A DNA stretch of 64,000 bases from a virus: positions 96,001-160,000 of IMG/VR virus record IMGVR_UViG_3300033145_000192; one strand, written 5' to 3'. This document shows, piece by piece, positions 8,921 to 19,900 of the stretch (within the stretch, counting starts at the first letter, position 1; the number at the start of each line of letters is the position of its first letter). The notes under the pieces are model-generated. The model searched no databases. It was given only the letters and a program-made list of their open reading frames with translations, and was not told the origin of the DNA. The position numbers and the translations under genes are program-made.

Positions 8921-11219
8921 AGCTACCTGCTCCTCCGGAGGTTGCAGAAGTGTTGGAACTTCCACGACCACCAAGCTGTCTTGAAATCGTTGTTCTGTGT
9001 CTTTCGATGAACTCAACCGTATTCTGAGGTAGAGTTCTAGCCCCACCTCTTCTAGCGAACAAACTGAGCGAAGCTAGTTCCCCTCTACTAAGTTCACCGA
9101 AGCGCCTCAAGAAGCTAGAAAGCCTATACGTGGTTGTTACCTGGCCTTGCAAGCCAATTGAGATGTCGTTAATGTTTGAGTTCTGACCAATTGATTCACC
9201 GATTGAGTAAAGCGGGAAGCCTTCAATCGTAACATCTGCACTCTCTACAGTCTTCACTTTGCTTGACGAGTTGTCAACCTTAAGTTGCATAGCATCGAGC
9301 ATTACAGTAAAGCCACCAAACTCCCATGGAGCAAAGCCATCATCCTGTGTGATGTCAAGACGACCCTGTGAATCCTTGTCGATGTTACTGGCAAACACTG
9401 GTCCATATCTCGTAAACCTAGACCTAGTAGGGACATAGACATACACTGGCTGATATACCTTGGCATGGACTTCAGAATATGCTCCCTCTGTGCCATGCAT
9501 ATGTCCACGCATTTGACGTGTAGACTTGGCTTCGTCTCTAGTAGAACCAAACATTGTCTTGTGTGTTGTTCCTGTCGCACCAGATTCGATTTCTTCGGGA
9601 ATTTCCTGTGTTTCTGGGATGTAGTAAATGACTGGATTGTCAATCTTAACAATGTTTCCTTCTTCAATTGTAGCAGATACATACAGCTTGTTGTTCTTGA
9701 TGATATAGTCTGCCTTGTCTGCTTGAGTAAGCTGCTCATCAATATCAAACTGAGTCCTTAGTTCGAGTGGCAATGCCTGGGCTGCGTTCTCGCCCTTACC
9801 AAAAGCAAAGTAGCCACCAAATCCTACTACTCCACCAGGAGGAGGTGGAACTGTAAGCGCACCGCTATCCTCATACTGAACGTATGCACGAGTCTTGCCT
9901 TGACTGTTTCTAAAGTATTCGTTCGGGTCATTGTTGCCAGAGACGGTGTCCACGGTCCATGCGGCCTCAATGTAGTCAACATCTACTGCTTGCTGGAACA
10001 AGAATCTTTTGCCGTAAGTGGCTTCAGCAGCACCCTTTAGCTTTTCGTATATCTTGCCCTTCTTTGCAAAGTCCTCATCACTCTCTTCCAGTGCATCAAC
10101 ATCGACACCATTTTGAGTCTTTACGTCTGCACTGCTATCGCCGGTTACAGTAGGCTTTGCATTTAGACTCGACAAGCTGTAGCGAGAAAAATCCCCATTG
10201 GTCTTAACCCAATACTGCCAACCATCCTTTGTCCCCAATACAATCCTCATTTCCGCCTCGGTCATGAAGTATTTATTTGAGCCACCTTCATCAGACAGGT
10301 CAATTGGGTTGTTTGCCGCGCCAGTGATATTTAGTTGTCTCATCTGCTCTAGTGGAGCACCATACAGAACGGCACAAGCCAATTCGTTCCTAAGCTCATA
10401 TCCTCTTTTGGCACTGAGAATCAATCCAGAATGCGCTGCCAGGAAGTCATCTAGGGACAAATCTACATTATCGAATCTGCGGTCAATGACGTGAATCGTT
10501 ACATCAATGACATCGTCGGTCTTATTTCTCTCAGACGTGACATACCAATCAAAGGCGTAGCGTTGTGCAAGCTCCTGAACGAAATCCGCAAGAGACAATA
10601 GATTGGAGTTAATGCGGTGGCCAGTATCAACTGCTGCCGAAACCTCATCTAGATTGAACCTATACCTCTCACCGAATGCCTTTGGAACAATCGACGTTAC
10701 TTTGAACTCCCAGCCAACATCTGTAACTATGCCTCCAGTAAATGTCTTAGCAATCTTCTCATATGTCATTCCAGACTGGTTCCATCCAGACAGGTTGATT
10801 CCACTATTGTCGTAGTCGTCATATGCGCCAAACACATCGGCCAACGAACATCCAGTTTCATCTACTTCCTCTACTGCATTCCTGAAACCAGGAGCGATAA
10901 TCATTGGGATACTCTGCATAATCTCGCGTGGGTCTGAAACATTTACAGTAATCGCCCTGCCGGAGATATTTCTGACATCCTCATCATATCCAGTTACTAT
11001 ACCAGTGAATCTGAACCTAGAGCCAACCTGAATGGTAGTATATTCGCCCATCGCTGGTGCAGAAAATGTTACTTGTGGAGTGACATTTAAGTCCTCAACC
11101 AAAGTGACTTGGCATGAACTTGGTGACTGTTGTAAGCCAAGGCTTGATGAAACATGTATGACATATGCTCCGTAGAGCGTTACCGGATTGCCACCCAATC
11201 CTAAATCAGTAGCCGTCAT
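8913..11219 (-). CDS. Tail tip/hub-like structural protein
   Basis: 768 aa, beta-rich, located downstream of the tape measure and RBP genes. Function inferred from synteny. Confidence 0.55.
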   Translation of the reverse strand: MTATDLGLGGNPVTLYGAYVIHVSSSLGLQQSPSSCQVTLVEDLNVTPQVTFSAPAMGEYTTIQVGSRFRFTGIVTGYDEDVRNISGRAITVNVSDPREIMQSIPMIIAPGFRNAVEEVDETGCSLADVFGAYDDYDNSGINLSGWNQSGMTYEKIAKTFTGGIVTDVGWEFKVTSIVPKAFGERYRFNLDEVSAAVDTGHRINSNLLSLADFVQELAQRYAFDWYVTSERNKTDDVIDVTIHVIDRRFDNVDLSLDDFLAAHSGLILSAKRGYELRNELACAVLYGAPLEQMRQLNITGAANNPIDLSDEGGSNKYFMTEAEMRIVLGTKDGWQYWVKTNGDFSRYSLSSLNAKPTVTGDSSADVKTQNGVDVDALEESDEDFAKKGKIYEKLKGAAEATYGKRFLFQQAVDVDYIEAAWTVDTVSGNNDPNEYFRNSQGKTRAYVQYEDSGALTVPPPPGGVVGFGGYFAFGKGENAAQALPLELRTQFDIDEQLTQADKADYIIKNNKLYVSATIEEGNIVKIDNPVIYYIPETQEIPEEIESGATGTTHKTMFGSTRDEAKSTRQMRGHMHGTEGAYSEVHAKVYQPVYVYVPTRSRFTRYGPVFASNIDKDSQGRLDITQDDGFAPWEFGGFTVMLDAMQLKVDNSSSKVKTVESADVTIEGFPLYSIGESIGQNSNINDISIGLQGQVTTTYRLSSFLRRFGELSRGELASLSLFARRGGARTLPQNTVEFIERHRTTISRQLGGRGSSNTSATSGGAGSFD

Positions 11220-11228
11220 TTACTTCTC

Positions 11229-13187
11229 CTATAGGTATAGCCACGAAACACTGCGCGTGAACACATTGGTTTGTCTGTTGAAACCGTAAGTGTCGGCAAT
11301 TTTGAATACCGCCGAGGATTCTGGCTTTTCACCTCTTGAATCATCAGTTGGTGTGTTGTTGATGATTATGTTCGATTCAGCCAAGCCTATATCTATTAGC
11401 AAGTTGCTATTTGTTGTGCTTCTTGTGCATGCATCTGTCTGTGTTTTCATCGTGAAGTTGATTGTCAATTGCTTTTGTTTTCCTGTAACCGTTTCTTGGT
11501 CCTGAAGAATCGGTCCACTAGCCTTGCCAGGGACTTGCATAACAGCAACTACGCTAGCTGGCAGCGTGTAGCTGACATCAATAGTTTCCTTCACAATGTT
11601 CTCGTTTTGTGTTAGGAATCTACTAGTGTAAGTCCTGCCATATGTGATTGTTCCGCCGAACTGATTATAGCCAAATGACCTTGACACTGGTTCGCTCAAT
11701 ACGCATGTTCCGGTTGGGACAATCTGCGCTACACGAGACGCAATAAGCGGCTCAACAGTTCCGTAGTATGCACCAGATGCATTTGCGAACCTGACACTGC
11801 TCTTTGTTCCGGTTTCTACTCCGTGGCCCTGGACCGTTCCATTGATAGTAACGGATGTTTCTGAAGAATCGGTCTGTTGCTGTCTGGATACCTCGTATGT
11901 TTCCGTCCATAGTGCAGTCGTTTGGTCCACGAATGCACGAGTTAGACTGAAGCTCTTAACCGCATCATCTCTTTGTGTGCTGACACTCATAAGGTTGCCA
12001 GACAATGATGCTGAGAATTCTGGCGTTGCGGAGTCAATTGGATAGTTATTCGCAAAACAGTATTGAACAACGGGTTCAATCGTAGCTGTGCTACCACGTC
12101 TAATTTGTGCAGATGTCGTTACGGTCTGAACAACGCTTCCATCTGCTCCTCGTTCTATGGACCTCGAAATAGAACGACCTTCGATGTCATCTCCGGATGG
12201 AATTGTGACAATCGTATACTGGATAGTTCCAGCGAATCTGTTATCTGTTCTAGCTTTGCTACCAATTCCTGTAGTTTCTCCGAATCCAATTGCAGGACTA
12301 ATTGTATTATCGAAAGCACTTACTGCATTTGCATACTTATCAAACGTAGTGTCGCCATATCCTTGAATGGAACCATTGACACTTAGAGTTTCTACTAGGG
12401 CCTCATTGGCGTCAAGCTCCCAAGAATGCTCGATTGTCCTGTCGTCCTTGTAGTTTCCAGAGGCAAGAATCCACGTCTCTGTTATGTCATACGCACCAGC
12501 GGTTAAATCACTATTCTCCTGCAACAAATGGTTGTAGTGCGATAGTGTGTTCACGTCCACCATAGCCTGGACATATGGCGCAACGACGAACGCGGCCTGT
12601 GTTTTGTCTAGCCCAACCCTGGTTAGAACAAAGTCCTTTGCGTTCTGGTTTGCTGTCTTGTTGAGTGATGGCTCGCTAAATCCTATGGCGTTTACTGTAT
12701 GCACAACTGAGACTGTATCGTCTATCTCTTGGTTGAATGCCCATGTCTCGTTGTATTCTCTTACCTTCTGGTTGAGTGAGAAGTCCTCCTCGAACTCAAA
12801 AATTACATTATACTTCCTGTGATGGACAATTTGGCTTTCCTCAAAGCTAAGGGACATAACCTTTGGCTTTATCGAAATGACTGGATAGCCGCTGGCATCA
12901 ACAATTAGCAAGTCCCCGTAATCCTCTGAGAGAGCGGAGTTTAGCTGGTCGCTCTTTCTGTCTAGAAGTTCAATGCATGATGCAGCATCTTGAACACCAG
13001 ATAGTGCTGGCATATCAGGAAGCAAGTATCCATTGAAGGTTAGAGTTGTAACGGCTCCAAGCCTAGTATCAGCAGTCTTTAGATATTCCTTAGACTCTGC
13101 TAGGAGAGGAACTGGTTCAAAGCAATATGTCGCACCATCGGATACCCTTGTGTAGAACATCCTTGTGCCTGAGTTGAAATCAACCAC
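11229..13187 (-). CDS. Tail structural protein (distal-tail-like)
   Basis: 652 aa, Thr/Ser/Val-rich, with internally repeated T.TING..QG.G segments. Function inferred from synteny. Confidence 0.55.
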   Translation of the reverse strand: MVDFNSGTRMFYTRVSDGATYCFEPVPLLAESKEYLKTADTRLGAVTTLTFNGYLLPDMPALSGVQDAASCIELLDRKSDQLNSALSEDYGDLLIVDASGYPVISIKPKVMSLSFEESQIVHHRKYNVIFEFEEDFSLNQKVREYNETWAFNQEIDDTVSVVHTVNAIGFSEPSLNKTANQNAKDFVLTRVGLDKTQAAFVVAPYVQAMVDVNTLSHYNHLLQENSDLTAGAYDITETWILASGNYKDDRTIEHSWELDANEALVETLSVNGSIQGYGDTTFDKYANAVSAFDNTISPAIGFGETTGIGSKARTDNRFAGTIQYTIVTIPSGDDIEGRSISRSIERGADGSVVQTVTTSAQIRRGSTATIEPVVQYCFANNYPIDSATPEFSASLSGNLMSVSTQRDDAVKSFSLTRAFVDQTTALWTETYEVSRQQQTDSSETSVTINGTVQGHGVETGTKSSVRFANASGAYYGTVEPLIASRVAQIVPTGTCVLSEPVSRSFGYNQFGGTITYGRTYTSRFLTQNENIVKETIDVSYTLPASVVAVMQVPGKASGPILQDQETVTGKQKQLTINFTMKTQTDACTRSTTNSNLLIDIGLAESNIIINNTPTDDSRGEKPESSAVFKIADTYGFNRQTNVFTRSVSWLYL

Positions 13188-13198
13188 TTTGTCTCTCC

Positions 13199-16100
13199 TT
13201 ATACTTCATCGTTGAAGCAAGTAGTTGGAAGAGTATACGTTGGAATTGATACCAGAGGAACTGTGCCATGAGAGCCGCAGATTCCATCTTGAACACCAAA
13301 CAAGACTCCGTTAATTTGACTGTTAGGTGCTTGAGCACCAACCATGAACGAGTTGATAGAGCCACTGCCAATTCCGCTGATACCAGCTATGTATCCGTTA
13401 ATCTCTTCCGTTGCAAATCCCTGTATGTATCCGTTTATGTTACCAGAACCAAATTCTGCACCCTTCAGATATGCAAAGACTTCAGAAAGTTCCTTACTGT
13501 TTACATACCCGTTAATTGCCCCACTCACGCCAGTATTGAACAAGAACCCCTTGATGTATCCGCTAGGTCTTCCTTGACAAACGGCCATGTATGCGTGAAT
13601 TGAGCCTTGGCCCTCTACTCCGCTTATGTATGCATGTATGATGCCTGTGACGCTGGCAAATGACTTCATGTATCCAAGGATGTTACCAGAGCCGCCGTAT
13701 CCTCGAACATATGCATTGATTTCTTCGTATGACCCAGGTGGACCATAGACGTATGCGTTGATTGTTCCGCTCGCCATGCCTCCATTTAAGAAGCCGTTGA
13801 TTACTCCGCTATCTGTTACCCAGGCTCCTGCAACGTAGCCATCAATTGTTCCAGTTATCGAGCCTGAGCTATACGCTCCAGCGTATCCATAAATTTGCGA
13901 TTGCTTATTACCAAGAAGGTATGCACAAATTGAGGATATATCTCCAGACTGAACAGCGACATATGTGTTGATAGAACCTGTTGGATACGAGACTAAACCA
14001 GAGCCTCCAAGGACATACCCTTGAATCTTTCCTTCAGCGGGGCCCAACATGTATCCATGAATGTTGGAGTAGGCATTTGGTTGACCTTCCATATAGCCAT
14101 GGAAGAACGGGAAGAACATATAAGCAGACGTATATCCAAGAACATTCTGATGTATGGCCTTATGAAGCGTTCCATAGATTCCAGTCGGTGTCGTATATGA
14201 ATTCTCTCCTGTGATAAAACCATTGATGGTTGGCGTAGGAGGTGCATCAATTCCTCGGACATTATCAATCCATACAATTCCTCTTTCCCCCGCACTGGTG
14301 CGAGGTGGGTTTACGGTTCCTCTCTTGTAGACCCATTTTATTGTATTAAGTCCGGTTGGCACCGCAAAGCTGACATTATACCAGTCACATTGGCTCATGA
14401 AACAATTGCCTTGAGCCCAATAGTTGACTACCTCGGTTTCTGCACCAGCGTAATCGGTATGGAAGATTTTGAAATAGTCGTCCTCCGGACCACCCATGGT
14501 TCCAGAACCCAACATGTCATATCTTACATCAAATCCGATTGTCCTTCCTGGGTCTCCATTCTCGTTGAACTCGTTCTCCGCAACATGAACATCGACTTCT
14601 AGGATACCTGATGTTCCTAGCGGTGCGCCGACAGTTCTGCCACGCAACGTCGTTGGGTGTTGCCAGCCAGATTCAACTGTTCGCATAACAAAGCCATCAT
14701 AGCGACCTTGTGCAGCTTGATTAAATACTCCACCCTCCTGTAGTCCCTTCTGTGGTGGAAGTGTGGTTAGTCTACTTGTGCGAGACATGTCTCCACTAGC
14801 GCGGACAAACCAGTTCCAGTCTCCGGAACGTCTCCACCCTGGAGGAACCTCTCCTTCCCTGAATGACCTGAAAGTTTCTGTGATTGTTCTGACGACTGGT
14901 TGGGCGACATCGAATCTTCGCGTCCATGCAAGCCAATCTGCACCGGCTTCTTTGCCAGTTAGCCATTCTCCCTTTGTGGTATGTGGTCCATAAACTCGGA
15001 TTTGTCTGAATGAGTGGCCAAATGTGCTAGTCCATTGATACTTCAAATACTTACACACAAATGCTTCCATGTGCCAATTCTGATGTATAGAGTCGTCTCT
15101 TAGAGGCAAACTCCTATCTGCTGTGATTTTTGATATAGCCTTATCGCTTTTTGTTCCAGTATCATCGGCAACTTGCGCAAACACAGTTCGATAATCGACA
15201 TCATCTAGGGATGCAAGAAGGTGATAATCTCCAAGTGTTGCAGACAGCGAACCACGCTGAAATAGCAATTCTGCCCTAGTGATAACTACTGGTTTGGAGA
15301 ATTCAATAATGAGCCAGTCATTAGTATTTACGTTAAGCGAAGTGGTAATATCATCGTCGAACAACTTCCAGGCTGGTTCATCATCAAAGATGCCCATTCC
15401 ATGTCTGGCAATACCAGTGAAGATTGGGTTTGTGCCAGATGGTGGCTGTGTAAGCATAAACTCATAGCTTGGTAGCGCGAAAGGCCCAGTGGCTCTAACT
15501 GATTTATCATAGTCCCAGCAGACTAGCTTTGCTGTTCCAGACGGAGAAACAGAATCTCCTAGTGTAGCAATAAGCTCTGGCTTTGGGCAGCCCTGTGTTT
15601 GGTCAACAGGGTGATGTAGTGCCTGGAAGCCTCTCCAGAATAGCTGGAACTTATGTCCCTTTTCTCTAATGTCGCATCCACAGTTGTCCGTCCATGCCAT
15701 TGCTTCAGACACTAGGCCAGATGCAGGCTGAGATAGTTCGGATATTCTCCATCCTGTAAATGAAGTTGTGTTAGTAACGCCACCCTTAGTGTTCTGGCAT
15801 TCGGGCGTAATCTTCATTCTTGAAATGCGCTGAACGCCATTGCCGTCTAGGTCTTGGAAGTAGACGTGCATTACGCCTTTTTCATTACACCAGGAGATGT
15901 CCGTATTTGTTCCTCCGATTGTCCTCCTGTTTTTGTTCAGGTATGCACCAGCCACTCCGGGAATACCAGAGGCAACACCCCACAGGGGCCACCCTTCCGG
16001 TGCTCTCCTGCGCGTTCCCTGCGTTCCAACATATGTGCTGTCCATACGAGCGAAGAACGAGCCATTGCCCATAGGTTCGCTGCCGTGACAGTAACATTCA

Positions 16101-16987
16101 ATTCCACTTACATTTGGAACGATAACTGGCCAGTTGTATCCTACGTCTGGGTCTGTTGGGATAGTTCCGCTACACCATGACATGCCTGGACCATATGGAT
16201 ATAGCCCACTTCCTTGGTTGGTAGCCAGTGGAGCGCCAGCGCCCGTCTTAGTTTCATTCCATCCGCCCCAGAATCCCCATCCGCGAGTAGCGTATGCAAT
16301 TGTTCCACTAGTAGATGTCCACGATAGGGACACAACGCGATTTGATGGGAACGAAGCGTGAGTGTGGCCCCAGATTGGATAGCCGCCATCTTCGCCTGGC
16401 TGCGGAACGCCCCATGCAGTAGCGACTCCAGCGTCCTTCTTTGGATTTGACTTGAAGTCTCCACCGGCAGTTCTTCCTAGATACCAACATTCAATGGTGT
16501 TGGCTACGGTCTTAACAGCCATGCGGACTGCCGGGAATGACGTGCTGATATCAGACGACATTGGACCAGCACTCCATAGCAGTGAGCCCATCATTCCACT
16601 AGGGCCTGCTGCTGGAGATGTCTCGAATGAAACTCTGCCATCGCCCACAGTAAGGTCCCAGCCTTCGCCTACCTTCTTTGCGAACTTATAGCAGCCAGAG
16701 CTAGCATACTGGAATAGACAGTGGATGTTACCCTTATTGTCCATCACTGTATCGAAGTTATCTGCCTGAGAGAAGTCGTCACACGAGAATAGGAACTTTG
16801 CATCGTCCCAGGTAACTCCAGAGTCAGCAGACCTTACATAATCAACCTCATAGTTGCCAGAGGCATATGCCAGGAATACTTCTCCAGAGTTGGGGTCTTG
16901 CCAAAAGGCCCTTCCCCACGATGGCAGACTTATCCCTGGGACGTTTGTCACGCCTGCTGTTGCTTTAATAAGGTTTGAGTAAGCCAT
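13199..16987 (-). CDS. Multidomain receptor-binding/tail protein (Asp-box propeller, F5/8-type C/CBM32-like domain, C-terminal I-N-G-Y repeats)
   Basis: Asp-box RSADSGVTW; discoidin-like WLIIEFSKPVVIT...YHLLASLDD...KYLKYQW...QIRVYG; jelly-roll TIKWVYKRG...VWIDNV; about 20 C-terminal repeats. Confidence 0.65.
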   Translation of the reverse strand: MAYSNLIKATAGVTNVPGISLPSWGRAFWQDPNSGEVFLAYASGNYEVDYVRSADSGVTWDDAKFLFSCDDFSQADNFDTVMDNKGNIHCLFQYASSGCYKFAKKVGEGWDLTVGDGRVSFETSPAAGPSGMMGSLLWSAGPMSSDISTSFPAVRMAVKTVANTIECWYLGRTAGGDFKSNPKKDAGVATAWGVPQPGEDGGYPIWGHTHASFPSNRVVSLSWTSTSGTIAYATRGWGFWGGWNETKTGAGAPLATNQGSGLYPYGPGMSWCSGTIPTDPDVGYNWPVIVPNVSGIECYCHGSEPMGNGSFFARMDSTYVGTQGTRRRAPEGWPLWGVASGIPGVAGAYLNKNRRTIGGTNTDISWCNEKGVMHVYFQDLDGNGVQRISRMKITPECQNTKGGVTNTTSFTGWRISELSQPASGLVSEAMAWTDNCGCDIREKGHKFQLFWRGFQALHHPVDQTQGCPKPELIATLGDSVSPSGTAKLVCWDYDKSVRATGPFALPSYEFMLTQPPSGTNPIFTGIARHGMGIFDDEPAWKLFDDDITTSLNVNTNDWLIIEFSKPVVITRAELLFQRGSLSATLGDYHLLASLDDVDYRTVFAQVADDTGTKSDKAISKITADRSLPLRDDSIHQNWHMEAFVCKYLKYQWTSTFGHSFRQIRVYGPHTTKGEWLTGKEAGADWLAWTRRFDVAQPVVRTITETFRSFREGEVPPGWRRSGDWNWFVRASGDMSRTSRLTTLPPQKGLQEGGVFNQAAQGRYDGFVMRTVESGWQHPTTLRGRTVGAPLGTSGILEVDVHVAENEFNENGDPGRTIGFDVRYDMLGSGTMGGPEDDYFKIFHTDYAGAETEVVNYWAQGNCFMSQCDWYNVSFAVPTGLNTIKWVYKRGTVNPPRTSAGERGIVWIDNVRGIDAPPTPTINGFITGENSYTTPTGIYGTLHKAIHQNVLGYTSAYMFFPFFHGYMEGQPNAYSNIHGYMLGPAEGKIQGYVLGGSGLVSYPTGSINTYVAVQSGDISSICAYLLGNKQSQIYGYAGAYSSGSITGTIDGYVAGAWVTDSGVINGFLNGGMASGTINAYVYGPPGSYEEINAYVRGYGGSGNILGYMKSFASVTGIIHAYISGVEGQGSIHAYMAVCQGRPSGYIKGFLFNTGVSGAINGYVNSKELSEVFAYLKGAEFGSGNINGYIQGFATEEINGYIAGISGIGSGSINSFMVGAQAPNSQINGVLFGVQDGICGSHGTVPLVSIPTYTLPTTCFNDEV

Positions 16988-19900
16988 TAGCCGCCTCCGT
17001 TACCACCTGTATTTGGAAAATCACCAGGAGAAATCATGCCTGCCTTAATAAGTGGTGCCGCTATCTTCATAATCTGCTGTCTAATCATCTCCACTGTTGC
17101 CTTATCATCAAAGTGCTTTGCCAATTGTTCAGTCAACTGTCTTGCAAATTCATCACCACTGATTGCATTTCCAACGCTGATTTCAATATCGTGCTTCATC
17201 TTGGGCACATCAATGAAAATCTTCGAGCCCTCTAGCTCTGCGTTAATCTTTTCTCCAAATACCGTGCCCCAGTTACTTATGTCCTTGAATGTGATGTCGT
17301 TTGCTTCTTTCCATGCTTCTCTGATTGTTGTATTTAGTCTCTCCATGGCTTCTGGAGTAAACAGGTCGAAGTTCTTCGTAATTGAATCAATCTTCTCGAT
17401 GATTTGCTTGTTCGTGTCTTGGCCACGGCTGATTCCTTCATTCAGTCTGCCAATTGACTCAGCGAATCCTTCAGTCAATATCCTCTGCATATTACGCGCA
17501 GCATCTTCCGATACCTTCGTGGTGTTATTACTCAACTGCTCAGAAAGCTTCAAGAACTTGTCAACTGCATCGGCAGCCTGACCCTTTGTCTTGATGCCTC
17601 TAGCTACATCACCAAATCCCTGTGAACCTAGAAGCTGTCTTGTTCTTTCAACATTGATATGTCTACGTCCACGCTTGCCTTCGCCACGAACACCCTTTAG
17701 GTCCTTGACAAACGAGGTATCTCTTCCGCCTCTTTGTTGTAGTAGTCCTCTAAAGCTACTCTCAACGGCTTCCTTGCCACCTTCCTGTGCCATTAGGTGC
17801 TTGTAAATTGCGCGTCCTTGTCCACGCTTGCCGCCCCCATGAACCTTGAGACTTTGACGCTTCAGCCTTCTTAGCAGATTACGCTGCTCTCTAGTTCCTC
17901 CGCTATCCGAAATCTTACGCTCAAGCTCCTTTATGCGTGGGTCAATTAGTCTAACTCCTCCACCTCCGATGGTAGGACGAACTGTTTTCTGTAGCCTTGA
18001 CAAGACTCCACCCATACCCTGCTTGAATTGTCCACCACCCATTCCGCCAGGAGCAGTTAGGGCACCAATTCCACTTGGCCTCTTACCCATTCCAGTGATT
18101 TCTCCAAGGACCCTTGCGAATTCCTTGAGCTTCGGAGTGGCTTCATCCATACTGCCAGCCAATTTATCAGTAGAGCCCTTCAGCTTCTCCTTCTTAGGGT
18201 CAACTGCGGGTAGGTCTCCAATTGTGCCACTAGAGATGATTCCCTGAACATAGTCGATGGTTTCCTTGGTTGCAGTCTTATTCCTGATGTCCTTCATCAT
18301 CTTCTGGATTCCAGCAACGGTTTCCATTTCCTTCTTGTAGCTGGCCTTTCTCTTCTCATCTCTCTCTGGGTCTCTCTTATAGCCGGAGTCTCTGAAGTCT
18401 TGCTGCAATTGGCCTCTTACATCCCACTGCTTGTGCCTGAAGCCCTTAAGTGCCTCCCATACCTTCTCACTTCCCTTTACTCTACCCTCTGGACCAAGTA
18501 TTTTACCATACGCTGCTGTGGTGAGTCTAGCACGGTTAAGTGCATCAATACCGGTCTTTAGCTTGTCCATGTCTGTAGTAAGCTGGGCTCTAGAACCCTG
18601 TAGCGCCTTGATAATATCGGTCCTTTGCTGCATTGCAATCTGAGCATCTAGGGACGCAACCTTCAATAGCTGCTGCTGAATGTTGGCATCGAACTCGTCT
18701 ATTGCGATAATCCTGTCTTGCTTTTCCTTAATCTGCTTCTGGATTTCTGCGATGCGAGCGGCTTCCTTCTCTCTCTGCTTTCCAATCTTTTCTGGTGAGA
18801 ATATCTGTAGTTGACTGAATAGCTGTAGTAGCTCCTTATTGCCAACTCCACTTACTAGCTCTGGTCCACCAAATCTATCTTGTGACTGCATACCCTGAAG
18901 GACACGAAGTAGGACTTGGCTGCCGCCCTGCTCCCTTACTCTCTTGATTCTGCCACCAAGCTGTCCCAGCCCCTCCTTACCAACACCCTTGATACCGCTA
19001 ACAAAGGCTTTGGCCAGGTTCATGTTCTTGATAGCTTCTTTGAACTTATCTGGACTTTCGAGAAGTAGACGGCCAAACTCAGCCTGCTGATTACGCCTTT
19101 GGGCATATAGCTGATTTTCCTGCTGCATACGCGTTTGGAGAGCGCCTATTTGCTGCTGTAGGGCGACCTTTCTAATCTCTATTTCGCGCTGAGTGCTCCT
19201 TACTCTAAGTTCTACATCGGAACGTAGTTCGGCTGCGGCCTGCCTTTCATTAGCAAGCTTGAATCTGATAAGTCCTGTTTCTTCGTCAACAACCGTTTGG
19301 TTTGCCTTAACGCCTGCTACCTTGATTGCCTTAGATAGCGCACCTATCATTTGACCTAGGCCAGCAGTTCCGCCAACGCCTGGACCAACAGTTCCAAGCT
19401 GCCTACCGGCTCCATGCTGGATAGCAGCCAATTGCTGCGCGGCTCCACGCCTGATTTCAGTTAGTCTACGCTCTACGCTTGCACCACTGGTCTCAAGTAG
19501 CTGTAGTTGCTTACCTGACATGTCAGAGATTTTCTTAACAAGCGCACTGCCTATGGTGGCAAATACTGAAGCTAGTCTTTCCTGTGCTCCTATTACATTT
19601 TCGAACGCACCAGCAGCATTAGAAGCGGCCTCTTCCCATGCCTGAATCTGGTCGAGTGTCTTGTCCTTAGACCACTCTACCATATCCATTTGGGCCTTCA
19701 TCTCAGCCGCTAGCATATTGTGCTTGGCGTCCTCAATTTGCTTCGCAGTCTTCTTACTGCTAGCCTGAAGACGCTTGGCTTCTTCGCTACTCTCAGCCGT
19801 AGTTGAATCTAGTAGTCCCTTTTGTATCGTCAACGACTCAATTTGTCTCTTGAATTCACCCTTGTCAAACTTTAGAGTAGCGCCGATTGCACTTCTGCCA

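Noticed and set aside
8913-9046. 134-nt overlap of the 768-aa and 930-aa tail ORFs as a possible frameshift fusion
   Set aside because: An in-frame TTG at 8920 with a GGAGGAG RBS explains it as ordinary translational coupling.
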